Origin: Eledone cirrhosa
Taxonomy: Eukaryota
Direction of reading: 5' to 3'
DNA: 64,000 nt
Assembly: GCA_964016885.1 (NCBI GenBank)
Contig: OZ024740.1
Span: 25,296,001-25,360,000, forward strand
This document shows, one piece after another, positions 1 through 12,506 of this stretch. The stretch's first letter is position 1. Each line of letters begins with the position of its first letter. The notes under the pieces were generated by a model, which was not told the DNA's origin, did no database searches, and saw nothing but the letters and a program-made list of their open reading frames with translations. Both the position numbers and the translations under genes were made by a program.

Positions 1-59
1 AAAATAAACAACTGTTGTAAATGTGTCAATGAACTCCCGAATCAACGACCATCCATCTC

Positions 60-235
60 AATTATTGGTTAAACAGTAACTGGAATTAACAAGTTATACA
101 TGCAGGTATTAAATTCAAAAATCCTGATCATCCTAAACCTAAAAAGCCCAACTATGGGCACAAATAAATTGTTAAGGCATCCGCCACGGGGGCCCGCAAC
201 AATTGATCCCGTTGCCCCCAGGAAATCCGGCCCTA
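60..235. mobile_element. Old non-autonomous DNA transposon (MITE, hAT-like termini), partial copy
   Basis: Ends in aaatccggcccta; internal gtaactggaattaacaagttatacatgcagg matches the copies at 16188-16477 and 63568-63843. Confidence 0.5.
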
Positions 236-254
236 GTGGCAAATCAATTATTTT

Positions 255-385
255 CTCCTGGAGTTAAGTGAAACAGTACTTTGGACAATGAGTGCACAAT
301 AAAACAAGCCCCACCTGTCTGGGTATCGAACTCAAGACCCTACAGCCATGAACAGAGACACCTAGTCACTAAGCAACGAGCTTCA
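255..385 (-). mobile_element. Degenerate tRNA-derived SINE head
   Basis: Reverse complement reads gcttagtgactagg...gagttcgatacc (A/B-box-like), resembling the SINE heads at 15496 and 30233. Confidence 0.35.
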
Positions 386-504
386 CTGGCATCATTACAT
401 CAGTCCTAAAATTCTTTCTCCAAATATACGGGTCACAATTTATGTATATATTTATAAAGATAATACATATATATATATATATATATAGATACATATATTC
501 ATAT

Positions 505-547
<43 letters not shown>

Positions 548-621
548 TAACCCGGTTTCAATCGGGGGTAACCACACTAAGTAAGGTACTCAATATAAAG
601 CAGAGTATAAATATTTAATCG

Positions 622-672
622 GGCTTCCTGATGATTTCTCCGGAATGAAACAGTTCTAGTGCTGTAGAAGCC
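622..672 (+). ncRNA. Type I hammerhead ribozyme motif (U.U at base of stem II) in a short TA-flanked element (~545-680)
   Basis: Stem I ggcttc/gaagcc; CTGATGA 628-634; T, stem II ttc/gaa, T; GAAA 647-650; stem III acag/ctgt; GTA cleavage triplet ending at 666. Confidence 0.75.
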
Positions 673-674
673 AT

Positions 675-707
<33 letters not shown>

Positions 708-878
708 TTCGTTTCTGAATTTGTTTAGCAAGATTCTTTATCTGAAAACGTGTGTTGAAACCGATATTGTTATACTTTGGGAGGGTCATGTTGCCAATAA
801 GAAACACAAGCACCAGATGCTTTCACTTCAATTTATTATAAATTAAATTTATAAATTTAGGAATTTATAAATTTCCGG

Positions 879-1870
879 TTGGAACACCCCAACCATCGAT
901 TACCTGTACTAGACACAGAGATCTGGTTAGATACTATCAATAACAATAAACAGATCCTCCATTCCCATTATGCCAAACCCATGACTTCCAAATATCTAAT
1001 CCACCGAATCTCAGCTGTATCGGACCACACCAAAATCAACATACTGATTGCGGATTTGGTACGGGTGATGAGAAACGTGTCCCGCATGTGCAACCCCGAA
1101 GAACTAGAGAGACACATACAACACTTCATCCACCGTATGCAGTTCTCTGGTTACAATCAAAGAGATAATATCAGAGTATATAGAGGAGCCAGAACCAAAT
1201 GGGAAAAAATGGTAAATAATGATACAAATGGGACGTGTCCCTTGTATAGGAGTGCATTTTGGAATAGAATAGAAAGAACTAGGAATAAGGCTAATAGAAT
1301 AAACTCATGGTATGATAGCAATAAATACCAGAATGTAATGTTCATCAATACAACCCCTAGAGGTGAATTAGCTTACAAATTCAGAAGGGCCCTAGTTAAA
1401 CATAAACTCAATATTAAGATAGTAGAATGACCAGGTACCTCCATAAAACACTTATTAACAATACATACCCTTTTCAAAGACCTCCCTGTATAGATAAGAA
1501 ATGTATAATCTGTAAACTAAGCCCCCATATTAACTGTAAAACTAGAAATGCAGTATATAGCATAAGATGTACTGAAGGACAATGTAAAGATAAGAATATA
1601 GTGTACATAGGTGAGACAGCTGGTAGTATAGGAGAAAGGATAAATGAACACTGGCGAGAGCTTCAAGATAGTAAAGAATCATCTGTACTCTACCAACATG
1701 CTAAAATAGAACATAAGGGTAAATTAAAGAACATAGAAATAAAAATAGAATCTACACTCAGAAAAGACGCAATGTTTAGACAAATCACAGAGCCAATAAA
1801 CATAAATGAACTCCAACCAAAATTAAATAGAAAGCATGAATGGAATAGCAACATCACAACTTACAATTAA
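879..1870 (+). pseudogene. PLE polyprotein fragment (RT palm/thumb plus GIY-YIG endonuclease), frameshifted near 1428
   Basis: ORF 879-1430: LPVLDTEIW...HYAKPM...MQFSGY (PLE RT C-terminal region). ORF 1427-1870: C..C..C..C, AVYSIRC...VYIGET...ERINEH...LYQH...PKLNRKHEW (GIY-YIG with Cys/His residues). Confidence 0.85.
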
Positions 1871-2022
1871 GGACAAAATGAAAACACACACACACATAGA
1901 ACAAACAACACACAAACACCCGGATGTAACACATGCGCAAACTAAACACACAACACACACAAAAACAAGATGGCGTAGGACAGAACAAAGTAGAGGCACA
2001 AAAACAAAGAAAAGAATCCCCA

Positions 2023-2065
2023 GTCACTGAAGAGGTCACATAATGTGTGACAAAAGAACTTTGAC
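2023..2065 (+). ncRNA. Minimal hammerhead motif of PLE family A (mutated copy)
   Basis: gtca-CTGAAGA-g-gtcaca/tgtgac-AAAA (GAAA in the paralogue at 25621)-gaactt-tgac. Confidence 0.55.
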
Positions 2066-2224
2066 AATATATGAACAATCGCCTGGTTGTGGAACCAACC
2101 AACCAACCGGATATTTATAAATTCCTAAATTTATAAATTTAATTTATAATAAATTGAAGTGAAATAGTTGGTGCGTGTGTTTCTTATTGGCAACATGACC
2201 CTCCCAAAGTATAACAATATATAT

Positions 2225-2296
<72 letters not shown>

Positions 2297-2500
2297 TAGT
2301 ACAACATTATCGAAGCTCTGGTTGTAGCCAAGCTAACGAATGCAATCTCGGTGTGCAGCTAAGCACTCAATAGGGTATATTACCCTAGAGTTATAACATT
2401 ACGTTTAGACAGCTTTGCAAATTGAATACAGCGACCGATAGACGGGCCGCAGTGACCATAGCGACGAAAAAACCTGAACTCAGGATAACATTTGACTAAC

Positions 2501-2609
<109 letters not shown>

Positions 2610-3185
2610 CGAGAGAGAGAGAGAAATGTGAAATGTTGACAGCGGTACGAAACGGTTTCGACTTGGCACCGCTGTCTTGATTTTACATATTACTACACCT
2701 ACTCTACATCTCCCCACGCATTCAGTACTCCCATGATTGATGGCTTCTCTGGTCTCCAGACCAAAGAATTATTCCCCCCCCCCCTCACTCTCTCAACATA
2801 TATATCTATAGGGGTTGTGGTACGTGTCTGTGTGTAAGATATGAATACATATCTATACCTAAGTATTCATACAATTGTAGAATTGCAAAGGAAATATTAA
2901 CTATTAAATTTGTATACACAGAACCAACTAAATATTTTCGTACACTACATATAATGACAACAGCAATAATAACAATAATAGCATTAACAATGACAATATA
3001 TATGTATATATATATGTGTGTATATATGTGTGTGTGTATGTGTGTGTGTGTGTGTAAAAGGTAAACAGAAATAACTAAAATAACAAAACAAACGCCACAG
3101 TACATGGAAGGAATATATTAGGTTAATGCTTGAAATAGCATATATATAAATATATATATACTTGTGTGTGGTGTGCGTGTCTGTG

Positions 3186-3236
<51 letters not shown>

Positions 3237-3348
3237 CCACCTACATACACAGACACGCACACAGATATATATATATATATATATTTGTATATACATACAT
3301 ACACAGAGACGCGCGCACACACACCACACATACGCACAACACACACAC

Positions 3349-3381
<33 letters not shown>

Positions 3382-3442
3382 CACATATATATAATATATA
3401 TATATATTATATATATATATATATATATACATATATATATAC

Positions 3443-3474
<32 letters not shown>

Positions 3475-3499
3475 ATATAATATATATATATATATATAC

Positions 3500-3572
<73 letters not shown>

Positions 3573-4229
3573 TAGTGTGTACGTGTGTGTTAGCGAGAAA
3601 GGGAGAGAGTAGAAGCGGCAGACAGAGGGAGGGAAAGAGAGAGAAATAGAGAGCGGAGGCGAGTGAACAAACTTCAATTCTATATACAGAAGGAGAGAGA
3701 AAATCTAATCAGACGAGAAGTGGGCGTGACTGCTTTGAAAAATAACTGAATATGAAAGAGAGAGAGTAAGAGTGAGAGATGTTAGTTGTCTGCCTGTTGA
3801 CTATTCCACCAATGAATAGAGTCTAAATGTTTTTATACCATGAAGACTAGCAACAGAAAATATGAGTGGGAGATCATGTACTATAGAGACTGGAGGAGGT
3901 TGAGACTTAGCTGACACTAGTTGAGTTTTAGAATATTGTTAAGAAATATCAACTACTACATACCAATCTACACACTGAAATAAATACAACAAAGAAAATA
4001 TTGGTAGTAGCATCAGTTGCATAAAAACTAATGTTAGGGAAAGGAAATTAAATGTTGCGTATTTGAGGGTCAATATCCTCGCTGTAAACACTAGCTTTAT
4101 ACTATTAATATTTTGTAATATTTTGTAATATTTTTCCATCATGTTAATTTCATTAGTATTCTTCAAGAACCAAGATAATGTGTCTCGCAGTCCAGTGAAA
4201 AAATAAAATTAAAAAAAGGTTAGATAATT

Positions 4230-4540
4230 TAATGAATATAGCAGTGGAGTCTTCTATTATCCTTGGCCCTAGTACCACCACCCTACTCACCACAATCGGT
4301 ACCCCGTAACTGTGGAGACTTCTGGTGTCCTTGGCTATAGGACCACCTCCCTACTCACCACCATCTGCACGGAGCTGGCTACCCGCAGGTGTAAGTCTTG
4401 TGAGCTGGAATGGCTCTTCTATTCACTTCTCTCACCATCCTCCGGGGATACACCTTCTCTATTCTGTCCGCCGAGGCAGAGGTGTGGTCAGCGCGTGGGC
4501 CCTCATTTGCTCATGATAGTGTGAGATGGGGTGAGCGGGA
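4230..4540. repeat. GC-richer dispersed repeat of unidentified family; paralogue at ~11172-11400
   Basis: Shared blocks gcagtgga.tcttct.ttatccttgg, cacggag.tggct, accatcctccg, ccttctctattctgtccg, cagcgcgtgggc, catttgct.at.atagtg.gagatgg. Confidence 0.6.
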
Positions 4541-4907
4541 AAGCCAAAGGCAGTGTTAGTGGGAGTTTGTTTCCATTGTGTTCAGAACTGATGTATATAT
4601 ATATTTATTTACCTCACTACATATATAACACTCAGTGTGTCTATGTGTGTAAAACTCACACAAGTCATTAGACTAGTGTAAGATTTACACACACAGCACA
4701 CTGCATTTCCTATACCAGTCATGATACTTCATTTAATAAGTAATAACATTCATCAGATAAAGAAATGATACCTTCCGTCTTAGAAATACATGCTACTGTA
4801 GTATATATAGAGGAGTTCATAGGCTGATCAACACCCTCTCATGGAATTACTAAATGTGGTTGATTTTTCAACAGAGTCCTTGAAAATAAACGATGTAATT
4901 ATTAATT

Positions 4908-5025
4908 AATGTTTCTACTTTTGGCACAAGACCAGCAATTATCCAATACATTACTGGTACTTTATTTTATCGGCCCGTAAGGGTGAAAGGCAAAGTTAAC
5001 CTTGGCGCGATTTGAACTCAGAATG
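4908..5025 (-). mobile_element. Meta-domain-type SINE fragment
   Basis: Reverse complement of gttcaaat..gcc.aggttaactttgcctttca.ccttacggg..cgataaaataaagtaccagt. Confidence 0.7.
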
Positions 5026-5287
5026 TAATTATTAATAAAGAGAGATGAAATTGAAGCATGCGAGATTTCAGAGCGCTAGCATCACTCCTTCATAAGCAGA
5101 CCAAGATACTCTCATGGAATGACTAAATGAGGTTAATTTTTCAATATAGACCCTGGAAAAAAACAATGTAGTTAGTAATATTAAAAAATTGAATTATAGC
5201 ATGCAAGATTTCACAACCCTTCAGCAAACCCTCGTAGAAAAACTAGTTTTATGTTATGTTTTATATTCTTGGTAGTGTTTTTTTTAT

Positions 5288-6250
5288 AAGTTCAAATCCC
5301 GCCGAGGTTAACTTTGCCTTTCATCCTTACGGGGTCGATAAAATAAAGTACCAGTAATACACTGGGGTAATTGCTGGCCTTGTGTCAAAAGAAGAAACAA
5401 TTATTATTAGAGCGGTGAATCGTCAATATCGGTAGAGCGTCAAACAAAATAGTTATCGGTATGTTGTTACGGCTCTTTACGTTTTCAGTTGAAATACCAC
5501 CGGGGTTACCTTTATCTTTCAATCTTAAGTTCAAATACCACCGGGGTTACCTTTATCTTTCAATGTTAAGTTACGTGCCAGTAAGGTACTGTGGTCGATT
5601 TAATCCACTTCTCGCCTCCCTTTAAATTGCTAATCTTGTGCGGTATGTAGAAACAATTATTATTAGGAAGGGTTCATTGGAACGTCTGGCACCATGCTTT
5701 GCAGCGTAGAGTTATGGTCCTTTAATGTTCTGAGTTCAAATCCCGCCGAGGTTAGCTTTGCCTTTCATCCTTACGGAGTTGATAAAATAAAGTACCAGTA
5801 ATGCACTGGGCAATTGTTGGCCTTGCGCCAAAAGTAGAAACAATTATTAGGAAGACGGGCAAATTGTTAGCAATAATTGTACCGCATTTCATCGTTCTCA
5901 GTTCAAATTCTGTCGAGCTCCATTTTGTCTTGAGACATCCCAATGTCGATGAAATAAGTAACAGTTAAATACTAAAGTTAATATAACCAACATCTTTCTC
6001 TTAACATTACTGGCCTTCCACTGAAATGAGAAAACATGATTATTAAGGCAGTGAATTAACATAATCATTAGAGAGGGGGAAACATTCTTAGTGGTATGTG
6101 TTCTCGGTCAGTGTTCAAATCCTGCGGAGTTCTATTTCTTTTTCTCTTTCTGGTATCTGTAAAAATAAAGTAGCAATCAATAGTAAGAAGATTTTTAAGT
6201 TATCGATCTTTTCTACATAAATTGTAAGCCTTGTGCCAAAATTCATTATT
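5288..6250 (+). mobile_element. Head-to-tail cluster of ~5 Meta-domain-type tRNA SINEs
   Basis: Repeated gttcaaatcccgccgagg...ctttgcctttcatccttacggg.tcgataaaataaagtaccagt...ggccttgtg.caaaa.tagaaacaattattatt, with differing divergence between copies. Confidence 0.75.
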
Positions 6251-6793
6251 ATATTGCATATACTTAGCGCTCGTATTGGTAATTAATTAATTAACAACAC
6301 GGCTGTTAATTATATTTAAATTGGTACGTCCATTTCAGAATAAATCAGAAAGTTCCTGATGGTTTCAATCAAGTGGAACATTTCTAGTCCCGTAGAAGTC
6401 ATTTCTATGAGAAATATGTTCGTACATTATTTATTAACATATTGAGTCTTCAGAAAAGCATTCTTGATCACAGAGAGGGGGAGGGGTGAGCGTGAATGAG
6501 AAAGGGAGAACAATACAGATATATAAATATGAATATATTTTTGAAGATATATATATATAAATATATATTTATATGAAAAATTTAGGATCGCATGGGATCC
6601 TGAGTTTTTCGTATTACACGATCTACTATCCCAAGTATTGAGTACTCTGGTGAGCAATGGCGTAACTGGTTTCTACTGCCTCCATTCTGATATATATATA
6701 CATATCAGAATGGAGGCAGTAAAAACCAGTTAGACCATATATATGAATATATATATACACATATATATATATATATATATAAATATATGTATA

Positions 6794-6834
<41 letters not shown>

Positions 6835-6926
6835 ACATTTGGGGAGGGTCATATTTGCGTAATATTGCCAGAATTAATAACAGAATTCATCGCCGCTATA
6901 TATATATATATAAATATATCTATATC

Positions 6927-7003
<77 letters not shown>

Positions 7004-7286
7004 TATATAACATATGTATATTATATAGCATATATATATTATATAACACGCTGAATGAGTTGGGGTATATAACACAACGAAGTACCTGGTTATGTCACTG
7101 TTGTCAATAATTATATAAACACACATATATATAGTTTGATTTATATTTACATTAACCATACATACGTACACACACACACATATATATATATATATACGTA
7201 TATATATATATATATATGTATATCTGTATATATATATATATTTATTTGTATTTATATATACACATATATATACATATATATATTTG

Positions 7287-7320
<34 letters not shown>

Positions 7321-7324
<4 letters not shown>

Positions 7325-7710
7325 GAGAAAATTGAGGTTGGTAATGGCACATGGAATATATAAGAGACAGAATACTTTTTTGTGAAAAAACATAATTTTA
7401 TAAGGTAAGGAAATAATAAAGGGTATAAAAAATGACCGGTTTCGATGGGTCTGCAAAAGCCATCTTTTCAAATGTTGATTAATATTAACTCTTCGTATTA
7501 TTAATTTTTCTTAATATTAATCAACATTTGAAAAGATGGCTTTTGCAGACCCATCGAAACCGGTCATTTTTTATACCCTTTATTATTTCCTTACCTTATA
7601 AAATTATGTTTTTTCACAAAAAAGTATTCTGTCTCTTATATATTCCATGTGCCATTACCAACCTCAATTTTCTCTATAACCTTCGTTTTGTGTAGAAAAT
7701 TACACTTTTC
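7321..7710. mobile_element. Solo inverted PLE pseudo-LTR pair (168-bp essentially perfect inverted repeat) with a U3-A8 hammerhead
   Basis: Arms 7321-7488 and 7511-7678, 22-nt spacer, extra tail 7679-7710, (TA)n flanks. HHR 7523-7570: TTGAAAA-gatgg/ccatc-GAAACCGGTC. Confidence 0.75.
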
Positions 7711-7711
7711 A

Positions 7712-7886
<175 letters not shown>

Positions 7887-7888
7887 TC

Positions 7889-8044
<156 letters not shown>

Positions 8045-8069
8045 ATATATATATATATATATATATATA

Positions 8070-8197
8070 ACGAAGGAAATGTGGTTAGGAACGAGTAGGA
8101 CCCCGACGGCTGAGCTCAAGCCGTTTCGACGGCTAATTCTGGACTCAGAATTAGCCGTCGAAACGGCTTGATCTCAGCCGTCGGGGTCCTACTCGTT

Positions 8198-8201
<4 letters not shown>
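8070..8201. mobile_element. Palindromic short element (family P), internally deleted copy
   Basis: Near-perfect hairpin 8086-8201 in (TA)n; homologous to 9059-9185 and 35959-36080. Confidence 0.7.
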
Positions 8202-8266
<65 letters not shown>

Positions 8267-8698
8267 ATATATATATATATGTTTATATATATTTGTATAT
8301 ATATATATATATGCACTCACACACTCATGTTAAATAATCTGTTATGCTGTTATAGGTGTCTTTAATTTCATCTTGTTTAACGAACTTTAAATACATTACA
8401 ACAATGGCACCGAATCTCTTGGGGATGTAATACTTTTTTTCAATTAATTACCAACTCTCATACCTATATTTCAATTCCAACATACATTTTTAAAGATGAG
8501 AATTTTGATAGCAACTAGTCGCAGTGTTGCTATGGTGATGTTGCCTACATCTTTGGTTTGGAGAATGAGAGAAAATATATGAAGCGTTATAAGAATAAAT
8601 GGTAAGATGATGCTAGATAAACTAGAAGAAATTTGAATGGACTAAAACACTGGGGTATTTCATTAAATATGTTTAGAAGAGTGGTTTGTGTATATAGA

Positions 8699-8744
<46 letters not shown>

Positions 8745-8773
8745 AATATATATAGTATTAATAATAAGTACAA

Positions 8774-8859
<86 letters not shown>

Positions 8860-8955
8860 GTGCGTGTTTGTACACAAACAAATTTTCTAAACATATTTAA
8901 TGAAATATCCCAGTGTTTTAGTGAATTCAGATTTTTATATATATATATATATATA

Positions 8956-9185
8956 ACAAAGAGGATATGGTAAGATACCAGGTGGACCATAACGCACCAG
9001 AGTACTCAATACTCTAGGGTAGTAGGAAATACCTAGGTAATACTCAATACCTAGGTATTAGGAAAATAGTCAGGATCCCGACGGCTGAGCTCCGGCCGTA
9101 TCGACAGCTAAATCCGAACTGTGAGTTCAGATCAAGCTGTCGAAACGGCCGGAGCTCAGCCGTCGGGGTCCTAACTTTTCTCCTA
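8956..9185 (+). mobile_element. Family P element: leader with GTACTCAATA motif, then terminal palindrome
   Basis: Leader ccaggtggaccataacgcaccagagtactcaatact matches the reverse complement of 36101-36136; hairpin 9059-9185; (TA)n flanks. Confidence 0.7.
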
Positions 9186-9821
9186 TATATATATGTGTGT
9201 GTGTATGTGTGTGTGTGTGAGTCACTTACCATAATGAAATCATAAATATTTGAGTGTGTCTCTGTTTTGAGTTAAAATGCTGGAAATTATAGTCAAATTA
9301 TTTAATTGGTACGCTTACCTTCATCGATATAAAAGGACACATTTAAGTGTCCACTATTAGATACTGTATGTCGCATACTTAGATGGTATGGTCGTGGCTG
9401 GAACGTTTTTTTTTAGCATAGGTATTCTATGTTATAGCTTAACCCGAAATTAAACAGTAACAGAATCATATTTGTGAATATAGAAATTAAGTTAAGTAAT
9501 TTATACAAATATGTAAATAACAATATGTTTCATAACCACATAGATCTGCGTTGAATCTTAAGTCGCAGATCTGTGATTTGTAGCGCAGCATCGAATGCGT
9601 AACAATAATGTGTACGCGTATATTTGTTTGTACATGTGATCTTTCTCAGGTTTGTTTTTCCGTTCCATCCTCTCCTCACTCTCTATATTTATATTTTTAT
9701 ATCTATCTCTTCATGAAGAACAACCCCCCCCCCACACACACACACATGTTTACGCACGTGCACAGAAAATAGGTCTTTTTTCAAAACTTTTTTTTTCCAT
9801 TTCAGGTAGACGCGCTCCATC

Positions 9822-10078
9822 ATCCACTTTTCTAAAAAAACAAATCATACACAAAACGCCAGCCCCAACAGTTTTGCAAGCGATGTCAACATGAATGAAA
9901 TTTTTTCAAATTCAAACCCACCCGTCCCCTCAATCTATCTTATTTCTCATTCTTTCTTCTGATGAAGGACTAGCGTCCAAAACGTCAAGACCCTCTTCCT
10001 GCTGTATCAAGCGTTAACCTAATATATCCCTTCCATATACTGTACCGAATGTGTTGTTATTTCTGTTTAACTTTTACA
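9822..10078 (+). mobile_element. PLE-type pseudo-LTR fragment (family B) with minimal hammerhead, ending in (CA)n
   Basis: HHR 9955-9990: tctt-CTGATGA-a-ggac/gtcc-AAAACGTC-aaga. Reverse-complement paralogue at 19343-19620, partial copy at 3055-3140. Confidence 0.65.
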
Positions 10079-10080
10079 TG

Positions 10081-10126
<46 letters not shown>

Positions 10127-10279
10127 CTCGTATATATATATATATATATATAAAACTCAGAAATAACCAAGACAAACACATCGATGCAAAAATACAGCTT
10201 TATAATATATATATGTATACAAATATATATATATATATGTATGTATATATACATATATATATATATATACATATATGTA

Positions 10280-10336
<57 letters not shown>

Positions 10337-11749
10337 CGTCCTAAGAGCAGTAGAGGAAAAGATTGTGAATCCACTGTAAAAGAGAATGGTTTTTACAACG
10401 GCCGACGCATCTGGACTTTGGAATCTCTCCAAGTAAACAGGATAGGTCTGATATTAACGAGTTATTTCATTCATAAAATAGAAAGCTGACACACAAACTA
10501 GCATTAAGAACGAGAGAAAGAGAAGATAACAAACAATGAATATCTCTAACGGGAATCTTTCAAAGTGATTCATTGTCTTCACTGTATTTTTGCCGAGGCC
10601 TGATATCTGAAGCATATTTATTGAACCACACTCTAAGTAACTACAACTTGCTGTGGAGAGAACCTATAAATCATGACGTATATTATGGATGTTATAAATT
10701 AGATGTAAGGAAAGAAAACCAGCTTGGAGCTCTACACCAAACAGCTTAAACCAGTGACGATTCTGAACATGAGCAGATTCCCCACATATATGTAGTATTT
10801 TAGTAGAAATATTAGTGGTGGTGGTAGTGGAGCTTTGGCCACTATGGCGCCAAGAAAGTTAACAACCTTTGGACTAAATATTTAGGTGGAAGTCCTATAG
10901 TTTAATACAATTATGCCAGTCTAGAAGAGGTTTTAAAACATCGAGAAACATTAAATAATTAAATTAACAAATAATCAAAAATTGAGAGAAAATTGGCTCG
11001 GCCTGGCTAGAATTACTGTTATTACTTTATTTTTAAAAGAAAAGTGACTTGAATAATAAAGTCATAGATCGACTTTCTCCAGCGACAAAACGGTTGTGCT
11101 GCACTTAGGGCCGAGCAGGGTAACATCTCCAAATATCGGTCGCTCTCCAACAGGTTTGCTGTAGAGCCTGCAGCAGTGGACTCTTCTGTTATCCTTGGTC
11201 CTAGGACCACATTCCTACTCACAGCCATCGGCACGGAGTTGGCTCCCTGCGTGTGTTAGCTCCGCAAGCTCGAATGTCTCTTCTAACGCATTTCCCTTAC
11301 CATCCTCCGAGTAAAAACCTTCTCTATTCTGTCCGACGAGACCGCGGGGCAGCCAGCGCGTGGGCTACCATTTGCTTATAATAGTGAGAGATGGAGAGAG
11401 CGAGAGAGAAGGAGGCATTGAGTAAAGGAGAGAGAACATCAACTCAGACACGCACTTGATAAAACACCGATAACTTTAATATTAACAATGATATACTATT
11501 TACAAAACGAAACACGATAAAGTGTAGCAATGATAAGGTCACCGGTGAATTTTCAGAAGGCAAACAGCTTCTAGAGACATCTCAATGTATCACGCAGGTT
11601 CATAAGCTGATAATATATTCATCAATAACGAAAGGATACATGCAGATTCACTACGATGGAATTTGAAGTGAGAGGACAGAATGCCAGAACACCACAAGAC
11701 TTTCTAACCCAACCCTCAAACCACTCCCATATAATTTACGTAGTCAATA

Positions 11750-12258
11750 AAATAATTGTTTCTACAATAGGCACAAGGCCAGCAATTATCCTAGTGTATT
11801 ACTGGTACTTTATTTTATCGACCCCCGTTAGGATGAAAGACAAAGTTAACCTCGGCGGGATTTGAACGCAGAACGTAAAGTGACGTAACTATGCTGGTAA
11901 GTATGACCGACCCTCTACCGATACAGCCAATTCACCGCCCTTGACGTAATCAATAAAATAATTGTTTCTACTTTTGACACAAGGCCAGCAATTAACAGTA
12001 CATTACTGGTACTTTATTTTATCAAGCCCGTAAGGATGAAAGGCAAAGTCAACCTTGACGTAGTCAATCAAATAATTGTTTCTACATTAGGCACAAGGCC
12101 AGCAATTACCCAGGGCATTACTGGTACTTTATTTTATCGACCCCGTAAGGATGAAAGGCAAAGTCAACCTCGGCGGGATTTGAACTCAGATCGTAAAGGG
12201 ACGTAACTATGCTGGAAAGCATGGCGTCCGACCCTCTACCGATACTGCCAATCCACCA
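11750..12258 (-). mobile_element. Tandem cluster of three Meta-domain-type SINEs
   Basis: Three repeats of ttgtttctac...cacaaggccagcaatt...ctggtactttattttatc...aggatgaaag.caaagt.aacct; two extend into a tRNA-like head (gatttgaac). Confidence 0.75.
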
Positions 12259-12506
12259 ATGTCCCACAGACAGACAGTTGTTTGGAAGACGTATTAACGG
12301 ACCTACAGGTGGGGAATATATGGGGTGTTTGGTCTGTATATGTCTGTGTGTGTGGGGGGGGGGGTGAAACAGAATACTTGTAACAAACTGCAAATATCGG
12401 AAATTTGCAATTGAGATCAAAAAGATTTCCGAAAAATTAAAATAAGGATTTTTTTATGACGCTGTACTTACAATGAAGTAGATTCTCAGATACATTGAGA
12501 AGCTCT

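Larger units (their letters stand above)
707..2220 (+). mobile_element. 5'-truncated Penelope-like element (PLE family A) with inverted 5' partial pseudo-LTR, in (TA)n
   Basis: 764-882 is the reverse complement of 2103-2220; encloses RT C-terminal and GIY-YIG coding remnants; hammerhead-like motif in the 3' pLTR; (TA)n on both sides. Confidence 0.88.

Noticed and set aside
738-770. Antisense hammerhead-like string (ctgaaaa...gaaaccgata) in the pLTR tail; similar weak hits near 4720-4760 and 24460-24500
   Set aside because: Stems are weak and the core is not kept in the paralogue at 61830-61860.
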